Source of the DNA: Candidatus Latescibacterota bacterium
GTDB lineage: Bacteria; Latescibacterota; UBA2968; GCA-2709665
Direction of reading: 5' to 3'
Length of the DNA stretch: 64,000 bases
Assembly (NCBI GenBank): GCA_963662665.2
Contig: CAXXJS010000061.1
Coordinates: 205,840 to 269,839, forward strand
Part shown: piece by piece, positions 57,292 through 64,000 of the stretch
How the letters are laid out: each line of letters starts with the position of its first letter
How positions within the stretch are numbered: the first letter of the stretch is position 1
Notes under the pieces: generated by a model
Told to the model about the DNA's origin: nothing
The model's database searches: none
The model's input: the letters and a program-made list of their open reading frames with translations, nothing else
Made by a program: the position numbers and the translations under genes

Positions 57292-57645
57292 ATGCGTAAG
57301 ATCAGTACATTCCTGTTGACAGGCGTTTTCGCGCTCTTCCTTGCCGCAGTCACCGCGTGTTCAACCGCGGAGACCCGTACGGCCAGAATCAACGTGCCCA
57401 CGGCCCAATGCGGCATGTGCGCAAACAACATTGACAAGGCCCTGAAGCAGGTGGACGGCGTGAAGGAAGTCAATGTCGACATGGATACCAAAGTTGTCAG
57501 CGTGGTCTATGACGCGGAACGCACGGACACCGCGAAAATGGAACAGGCGATTGCCCGGGCGGGTTATCAGGCGAATCAGGCGCCTGCGGACAGCGTGGCC
57601 TACGCGAGTCTGCCGGAATGCTGCAAGGTTCCATCGTCCCAATAA
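57292..57645 (+). CDS. heavy-metal-associated (HMA) domain lipoprotein
   Basis: Lipobox VTAC, QCGMC metal motif, C-terminal Y..LP.CCK. Confidence 0.85.
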   Translation: MRKISTFLLTGVFALFLAAVTACSTAETRTARINVPTAQCGMCANNIDKALKQVDGVKEVNVDMDTKVVSVVYDAERTDTAKMEQAIARAGYQANQAPADSVAYASLPECCKVPSSQ

Positions 57646-57713
57646 GCGCCACGGCCGCCGCCGTTTACGGCCGCCCGCGACGTCTCCGTACGAATCACCA
57701 CAGGGGGGAGTTG

Positions 57714-58193
57714 ATGTTTAGCAAAGATATTCAGTCAGCGCTGAACGAGCAGATCAACAGTGAATTTCTCGCCTGGTATACCTATCTGGCCTTGTCGTCC
57801 TATTTCAAATCGATCAATCTGAACGGATTTGCCAGGTGGATGGGGAAGCAGGCGCAGCGCGAGTTGACGCATGCAATGAAGATTTACGAATTTCTGCACG
57901 AAAGGGAGGCGTCCGTCGGGTTCAAATCGATTCCTGAGCCTCCGGCGGACTGGCAGTCTCCTCTGGTTGCGATTTCGGAGGCGTATCGGCGGGAACAGGA
58001 AGCCAGCGGACGCATCAACGATCTGGTCGATCTTGCAATGAAAAACAGCGCCCATGCAACCAACACGTTCCTGCAGTGGTTCGTCAACGAGCAGGTTGAG
58101 GAAGAGGCCCGGCTTCGCGCCATTGTTAAAAAGCTGGAGCTTGTAGGTGATGATCGATACGGGCTGTTCCTGATCGATCGCGATATGCGTTGA
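57714..58193 (+). CDS. ftnA: non-heme ferritin
   Basis: LNEQINSE, GFARW, HAMK, FLQWFVNEQVEEE. Confidence 0.88.
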   Translation: MFSKDIQSALNEQINSEFLAWYTYLALSSYFKSINLNGFARWMGKQAQRELTHAMKIYEFLHEREASVGFKSIPEPPADWQSPLVAISEAYRREQEASGRINDLVDLAMKNSAHATNTFLQWFVNEQVEEEARLRAIVKKLELVGDDRYGLFLIDRDMR

Positions 58194-58285
58194 ATCCCGC
58201 TGGCGTGAGTCAGGTGGCAATCTGAATTCGGCCGCTTCCTGGATGGGTACCGGGGCGGCCTTTTCCTATATGGGAATTTACATCG

Positions 58286-58975
58286 ATGGTTTGCGTCGAA
58301 GACCTGTGGAAAAGATACCCGGGTGCGTGGGCGCTCAGGGGTGTGTCGCTAACGGTGGGACGCGGCGGAGTGCTGGGCGTACTGGGGGAAAACGGAAGCG
58401 GGAAGAGTACGTTGTTCCGGATCCTCGCCGGCGTCACGCGGCCCACACGGGGACGGGCGCTGATCGGCAAGGTCCCGGCGGGGTTCGCTACAAAACGAAC
58501 GGTGTCCTATCTGCCCGAGATCGATCCGTTTTATTCCCGGATGAAGGTGGGCGAACAACTGAATTTCCTTTCCGGCTTCTATTCCACCTGGGATGCGGAG
58601 AAAACCGAAAGCCTGTTGAAATTCATGAATCTGCCGAAAGACAGGAAGGTCGGCGCGCTCTCTCGCGGCCAGCGGGCGAGGCTGAAGGTGGTGTCGGCAT
58701 TCTCCTGGTCGCCGGAAGTGGTCCTGATGGACGAACCCCTGGGTGGCATCGATCAGCCGTCACGCAGGCGTGTTCTGCAGGGTCTCTTCAACGAGTTCCG
58801 GCTGCCGGAGCAGACAATTCTTATCGCGACCCATCTGGTATCCGAGGTTGAGCCGTTTATCGAGAATGTTGTGATTCTGAGGGACGGAGAGATTTGTACT
58901 GCGGGTGGAGTCGATCAGCTGCAAGAGGACCGCGGGAAGTCTCTTTCTGAAATTTTCGAAATGGTAGTAGATTGA
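58286..58975 (+). CDS. ABC transporter ATP-binding protein (YtrB-like)
   Basis: GENGSGKST, LSRGQ, MDEPLGGID, ATH. Confidence 0.92.
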   Translation: MVCVEDLWKRYPGAWALRGVSLTVGRGGVLGVLGENGSGKSTLFRILAGVTRPTRGRALIGKVPAGFATKRTVSYLPEIDPFYSRMKVGEQLNFLSGFYSTWDAEKTESLLKFMNLPKDRKVGALSRGQRARLKVVSAFSWSPEVVLMDEPLGGIDQPSRRRVLQGLFNEFRLPEQTILIATHLVSEVEPFIENVVILRDGEICTAGGVDQLQEDRGKSLSEIFEMVVD

Positions 58976-59070
58976 GGATCGTGTTCTTTCCCGGGAACAG
59001 ATCGCCGGAATTCACCGGCCCGTAAACAGTAAAAACGGCTATTGGCTTTCCGGGACGGTACACCGGGAGG

Positions 59071-59775
59071 ATGCTGCGAATGACGAAGTTTTCTGCTCTG
59101 TATCTCAAGGAACTGAAAGACGCAAGAAATGCCACCTGTATCCTTGCCGTCGGTACCCTGGTGCTGCAGGGCTGGGTCCTCCTATCCTTTGAATCACAGA
59201 TGATCGCCCTGTTTTTTTCAGCGCTGCCCCTCTGGGCGATCATGTTTATCCTGCCATTCCTGCTGGCTTCCTCGTTCAACGTAGAATGGCGAGGCAAAAC
59301 AGCCTATCTGCTCTTTGCGCTCCCCATTCGCGCGGCAATTGTATGCCTCTGCAAATTCGCCGCCATTCTGAGTATCGGTCTCTTGCTATTCGCTGTTGCC
59401 GGTGCAGGCGTCTATGCCGTCGTTGCGCGCGCCCCCGAGGAAGGCGTATCTCAGATTCTGGGTTTCTTCGGCGTCGCGCCGGCGTCGGTTACCGGGTATG
59501 CCGCCGGGTTCCTGGGATCCTACGCGCTCCTGTCACTTGGCATCGTTACGGCCGTGGAGGGCGCCAGGTACACGGCCGCGCGGCTGAGGGGTCTCGTGAC
59601 GGCGGCTTCGTTTGTGTCGTGCGTGATCATATATCTGACGATGGCAGGTGATTTCGTGTACGGTCTGCTGGGGAGTCTTCCAACCGGACCGGCATTGATG
59701 GCTTACACGGTTCTCGCTGGCCTGGTCTTTCTGCTCATCGGGCTGTTCCTGTTCGAGAGATTCGTGGAAATCTGA
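59071..59775 (+). CDS. ABC-2 type permease
   Basis: L.LKELK start, about six TMs, AYLLFALP motif. Confidence 0.75.
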   Translation: MLRMTKFSALYLKELKDARNATCILAVGTLVLQGWVLLSFESQMIALFFSALPLWAIMFILPFLLASSFNVEWRGKTAYLLFALPIRAAIVCLCKFAAILSIGLLLFAVAGAGVYAVVARAPEEGVSQILGFFGVAPASVTGYAAGFLGSYALLSLGIVTAVEGARYTAARLRGLVTAASFVSCVIIYLTMAGDFVYGLLGSLPTGPALMAYTVLAGLVFLLIGLFLFERFVEI

Positions 59776-59846
59776 AATCCTCTCGCGGTGGATCTGAAAG
59801 ATTCGGCGCATGCATCGATAGATGGAGAATACGAAAGGACAGACCC

Positions 59847-62800
59847 ATGCCGGACACGAAAGAGTCCCATCGGAAACTGAAAAAGGCGAAGAAACTGTAC
59901 CGGGAAACGATATTGGTGAATCGTGGCGAAGCCGTGTCGGCGATCGTCTCTCCCGATGATCCTCGCTACCGGGAACTTGCTTCCGAATTGCAGGCCCGCA
60001 TTCGGGACCTTTCCGGCGCAAGCGTCCCGGTGGTAACCGACGGGGACGCGACAACGCCTCCCAACCAGCATCTGCTCCTGCTGGGTAACGTGAATACGAA
60101 CCGCGTGGTATTTCGTCTCTACGGATACAACTATACCCCTGCGGATGACCTGTATCCGGGGCATGGGGGGTATCTTGTTCAGACCATCCATGACCCGTGG
60201 GGAAACGGCAAAAACGCCGTGGGACTGTTCGGCAGCGACCTGGAAGGCGTACGCGCGGCGGTGGGGCGATTCACGGACACGCTGGATGGCGGGAAGACGC
60301 TTTCGACCGGGCCGCTGTTCGACGTCCGTTTCGGGCCGGAAGCCAGGAGGATTCCGAACCTTGAAGACGAGCCCGACGTTGATTCGGAGATGGAGGCCGC
60401 GGAGGAGGCGTTGCGCCGGGGCGAACACACGGGCCTCTGGGGCCGGATTGGCGATCGGGGGCTATTGTACGGGCTGACGGGCAGAGATGTCTACGCCGAA
60501 CTTTTCAAACGCCTCGTTTACCGGATGTACAGGCACGCGATGTCCGACCCCGACAACTACGGCGGCATCTGGGGGTTCGACGCGGATTTCGCCCTTTACA
60601 AGGTGATGCCAGGTTGGGATCTCGTGGAAGAAAGTCCGGTAATTTCAGACGACGACCGGCTGCGGATTACCCGGATCCTGTTTGAATTCATCGTCGATTG
60701 CGTGCCGCACGTGGGCAACATGAAGATATCCCACGTCCGGCACAACCACACCACGTTCGCCGCGTTGGGGCTGCACTACGCGGGCACGTACTATCGGAAA
60801 TATTACGGGTTGCCCGAGGCGGATGCCTGGCAGGCGCTGTCCGAGGAGTGTTTCCGGTTCCAGGCCAGGGCGTTCAAGCCCCACGAAGATTGCAGCGGGT
60901 ACCAGTGGCTCACCCACTATCATCTGGCCAGGTACTCCCTGTCCAGCGGAGATATGACGTTTTTTGAGAATGGTTGCGCGGGGAAGGCCGCGGACTACGC
61001 CATTCTCACAACGGACAACCTGGGATATGCGCTTCCATATGGGGACAACGCGTCGCCGTTCGGCTGGTGGAGTGAATTGCCCTATTTGAGGGCGGCGGTT
61101 TTTGTGCTGGGGGATGGGCGTTATCAGTGGATGCTGGACAAGAAGACCGCCGTCGAACCCCAATTTGCCGCGTATGAATATCACAGGCGCGTAACCCCCG
61201 TTGAACCCGCGGATCTGGACGGGTCCCGGGTATTCCCGGTGGATCCGCTCTATTACGACTCCAACGATGGAAAAGAACATCTTCCACTGAAGAAATCCTT
61301 CGATAAGGTGGTGTTTAGAGACGGGTACGATCCCACGTCGCAGTATCTGTTTCTGGACGGGCTCTCCAACGGCGGTCACAAGCACTACGACGGAAACTCG
61401 ATTTCCCGGATCACACAACGGCGGCGGATCTGGCTGGCCGACTGTGACTATATCAAGTCTCTGCCCAAGTTCCACAACGGCGTGCTGGTTTTCAAAAATG
61501 GACAGTCCGCCGAGATCCCCCCGTTTGTCGAGCTCGAGCGCGCGGCGGATTTCGACAGGTCCGGCTTCTCCGAGACCACCCTGCGCAACTACAGCGGGGT
61601 GGATTGGCACCGGAACATTCTCTGGAATCGCGGACGGTTTTTTCTCGTTATCGACGAGATGGAGGCACTCGGGGAGGACGACTTCAGTTTCAGGGCGATA
61701 TGGCAGACGCTTGGCGACGTGACTTTGCGCGGCGGCGGTCTGTCGGTGGAGCAGAACGGTGAGCGGTTCTGTATACAGGGGTTGAAGGGACCGTCTTTGA
61801 AACTGGAAGATGACGAGGAAACCGGCAAGAACTGGGTGGGCTATCCACACGCCGATCCGGTCGTGCGGATTCTGCAACAGATCGCGGACGTGCATCTGAA
61901 GACTCGTGAGACGTACCGGTTTTTCAATCTGCTTTATTGCGGCGGCGAACCGTCCACGCGGAACTTGAAGCTGACGCAACTGGCAAAAGGGGCTGTCCGG
62001 GTCGACGGAGGTGGGGAGGTCGTCTTCGCGGGCGTGGGGGACGTCGAGGTTCTAAGCGAAATTCCGGACGGCCCGGCCGTTGCCGCCGCACAGTTTCTGA
62101 TGTCTCCGTCCCGGTTATCGATCGTGGACGGCACCCGGGTCCAGTGGGCCGGCGTGGAGCTGACGTCGGAGCAACCGGTGTCTTTGGAATACGATCTGGT
62201 GCGCGGCGAGGGTCGCTCGATGGCCGGGAAGGCCACGCGGCTGCGCCTCCGGTCGGATGGTCGTTCGGGCGTCACCGTGGACGGGAAACCGGTGGACGCG
62301 TCGGTTTCCAATGGTGTGGTGGCGTTTACGTTGCCGAAAGGCGAACATCGATTCTGCCTGGTGCCGGACTCCGTGATGGCGTTGCGACGGGCAGCATCCA
62401 GTACGGCGCGTCCGAATGTGGCGCAACCGGCGTTGATCAGACCCGGGCGGGGTCGCGTCGGTCAGTTGCAGGAGACGTGGACGTTCCGGGAGGAGGGACC
62501 GTTTCTTTCGTTGTACTCGGCGGCGCTTCTCGCGGATGGGCCGGATATTGTGGTGGCTGGCGGCCGGGGCGCATCGGTTTGCGCGCTGCACGACGGCGAG
62601 GCGCTTTGGCGCTTCCGGACAGGAGGCGAGGTGCGTTCCGTGTGGGCCGCGGACCTGGCGCGTGACGGCAGAATGCGGGTTATTGCCGGTTCTGCCGATA
62701 CGAAGGTCTACGTACTAAGTGCAAGCGGAAAGAAGATATGGGACTATAAAATCCCGCTGTACTATCGTACGCCGATGTTGAAGACGGTATTCACAGGCGA

Positions 62801-63545
62801 CGTAGACGGGGACGGCAAGCTGGAGGTGATCGCCGGAGCGGAGTCGTGGCGTTACTACGCGTTCACCCACGAAGGCCGGCTCTTGTGGTATCAGATGACG
62901 GTACACTCATCCACACAGGGCTGCGCGGCGGATATCGACGGGGACGGCAGGGACGAAGTAATCGCGGGAACGGAGTATCACCGTTGGCACTGTATCGACG
63001 GCAGCGGAGAGATCCGGTGGTCCTACCATCCCAGGACGGGACCCCGGACCAATTCCGCCGCGGCCGGCGATCTGGATGGCGATGGTCTGAAGGAAGTCGT
63101 GTTTGCCGGCGCCGATACGCACATTCACACACTGAGCGCGGACGGCAGGCTCCTCTGGCAGTTCAACACCGGAGACGAAGTCACCCAGGTCGCGACGGCC
63201 GATATGGATGGAGACGGGTTGGATGAGGTCGTGGCGTCTTCGATGAGCTTTAACGTTTACGTGATAAAGGGCGACGGACGAACGCAGGTCTGGCGTGCGG
63301 ATCTCGGGGAGGTCGTACGTTGTATCTCGGTGGGTGATTTTGACGGCGACGGCAGACCAGAAGTTGCGGCGGGAACCCAGGACGGTACGGTACACCTGCT
63401 TTCCAACGGGGACGGACGGACGGTGGCGCGCTTCAAGACAGGCGGCCCTCTGCTGACAATGGCCGCCGCGGACGTGGACGGCGACGGTATTCCGGAAATT
63501 GCGGCGGCATCCGAAGACGGCGTTTTGTACGTCCTGAAGCGGTAG
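59847..63545 (+). CDS. large protein: heparinase II/III-like lyase module plus FG-GAP/PQQ-like beta-propeller
   Basis: HNH, HKHYDGNSI and HNG motifs; repeated D(I/L/V)DGDG..E(V/I) FG-GAP units and W.F.TG motifs. Confidence 0.7.
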   Translation: MPDTKESHRKLKKAKKLYRETILVNRGEAVSAIVSPDDPRYRELASELQARIRDLSGASVPVVTDGDATTPPNQHLLLLGNVNTNRVVFRLYGYNYTPADDLYPGHGGYLVQTIHDPWGNGKNAVGLFGSDLEGVRAAVGRFTDTLDGGKTLSTGPLFDVRFGPEARRIPNLEDEPDVDSEMEAAEEALRRGEHTGLWGRIGDRGLLYGLTGRDVYAELFKRLVYRMYRHAMSDPDNYGGIWGFDADFALYKVMPGWDLVEESPVISDDDRLRITRILFEFIVDCVPHVGNMKISHVRHNHTTFAALGLHYAGTYYRKYYGLPEADAWQALSEECFRFQARAFKPHEDCSGYQWLTHYHLARYSLSSGDMTFFENGCAGKAADYAILTTDNLGYALPYGDNASPFGWWSELPYLRAAVFVLGDGRYQWMLDKKTAVEPQFAAYEYHRRVTPVEPADLDGSRVFPVDPLYYDSNDGKEHLPLKKSFDKVVFRDGYDPTSQYLFLDGLSNGGHKHYDGNSISRITQRRRIWLADCDYIKSLPKFHNGVLVFKNGQSAEIPPFVELERAADFDRSGFSETTLRNYSGVDWHRNILWNRGRFFLVIDEMEALGEDDFSFRAIWQTLGDVTLRGGGLSVEQNGERFCIQGLKGPSLKLEDDEETGKNWVGYPHADPVVRILQQIADVHLKTRETYRFFNLLYCGGEPSTRNLKLTQLAKGAVRVDGGGEVVFAGVGDVEVLSEIPDGPAVAAAQFLMSPSRLSIVDGTRVQWAGVELTSEQPVSLEYDLVRGEGRSMAGKATRLRLRSDGRSGVTVDGKPVDASVSNGVVAFTLPKGEHRFCLVPDSVMALRRAASSTARPNVAQPALIRPGRGRVGQLQETWTFREEGPFLSLYSAALLADGPDIVVAGGRGASVCALHDGEALWRFRTGGEVRSVWAADLARDGRMRVIAGSADTKVYVLSASGKKIWDYKIPLYYRTPMLKTVFTGDVDGDGKLEVIAGAESWRYYAFTHEGRLLWYQMTVHSSTQGCAADIDGDGRDEVIAGTEYHRWHCIDGSGEIRWSYHPRTGPRTNSAAAGDLDGDGLKEVVFAGADTHIHTLSADGRLLWQFNTGDEVTQVATADMDGDGLDEVVASSMSFNVYVIKGDGRTQVWRADLGEVVRCISVGDFDGDGRPEVAAGTQDGTVHLLSNGDGRTVARFKTGGPLLTMAAADVDGDGIPEIAAASEDGVLYVLKR

Positions 63546-63588
63546 TGGCCGCACGGTGTGAAGACCGCCGGGGGTCTTGATACAGCTT

Positions 63589-64000
63589 CTAAAGGCCCAA
63601 CTCCTGAGCGATGCCGGCCATTGCATCCCGTACGAATGCGATGTGTTCATCCAGATCCACACCGAGTTCCGATGCCCCCGTGTGGAGGTCCTCCCGGCTG
63701 ACCGCCCGCGCGAAACCCTTCTGTTTCATCTTCCTGCGTACGGACGCGGTCTTCAGTTCCGCCAATTTCCTGGAAGGCTGCATCAGCGTAACGGCCACGA
63801 TGAACCCGGTGAGTTCGTCCACGGCGAAAAGGGTTTTGTCGAGAAGGCGGTCCCTGGGCACGCCCAGGTAGGTGGCGTGGGATTTGATCGCGTGGATGAC
63901 GTCCCGGGGGATACCCTTTCTCCGTGAGGACGCGAACGCCAACCATCGGGTGTTCTTCGGGTGTTGGATGTTTCTCGTAGTCAAAGTCATGCAGCAGCCC
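63589..64000 (-). CDS. HD-domain (HDIG) metal-dependent phosphohydrolase, 3' part, with +1 frameshift near 63908
   Basis: GLLHDFDYE...EEHP.VG then [24 protein letters not shown]; frames join by removing one base at the G5 run 63906-63910. Confidence 0.8.
   Translation of the reverse strand, partial: GCCMTLTTRNIQHPKNTRWLAFASSRRKGIPRDVIHAIKSHATYLGVPRDRLLDKTLFAVDELTGFIVAVTLMQPSRKLAELKTASVRRKMKQKGFARAVSREDLHTGASELGVDLDEHIAFVRDAMAGIAQELGL

Noticed and set aside
62640-63520. Recurrent GACGGGGACGGC-like DNA motifs as a CRISPR or tandem array
   Set aside because: They encode the FG-GAP DxDGDG protein repeats and lack constant repeat-spacer periodicity

Overview
GC-rich, gene-dense bacterial chromosome segment. 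The gene mix (DUF4837 lipoprotein, ComEA/outer-membrane fusion, DUF6785, three PhyH dioxygenases, FG-GAP/lyase-like giant protein) suggests an FCB-related lineage such as Latescibacterota, Gemmatimonadota or Poribacteria-like; this is inference only. Main blocks: (1) 0.36-11.9 kb: a variant N-methylglutamate-type amine catabolism operon (glxBCD, soxBDAG, glutamine-synthetase-like enzyme) with a second glxB/glxC pair and an Fe-S-retaining SoxA; (2) 12-30 kb: a co-oriented run of catabolic enzymes of unknown substrate, interrupted at 17.3-22.1 kb by a zinc-homeostasis islet (Fur/Zur, small Cys protein, COG0523 GTPase, WD40, ZIP) bounded by 87-bp and 13-bp direct repeats and carrying a diverged fragment of a downstream gene; (3) 30-42 kb: mixed genes, including a DCC1-LMF1 fusion; (4) tRNA-Cys, tRNA-Leu and a GroES with no adjacent GroEL; (5) envelope genes, including a ComEA-like gene with a sigma-54-type promoter; (6) a CusCBA-HMA-ferritin cluster preceded by a candidate Cys-rich leader/arrest peptide and a MITE; (7) an ABC pair, a 1232-aa lyase-like/FG-GAP protein and a partial HD protein. 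Two frameshifts fall in G5 homopolymers and may be sequencing errors. No CRISPR array, rRNA, or intact transposase or integrase was seen. All family assignments come from motif recognition, not database searches.
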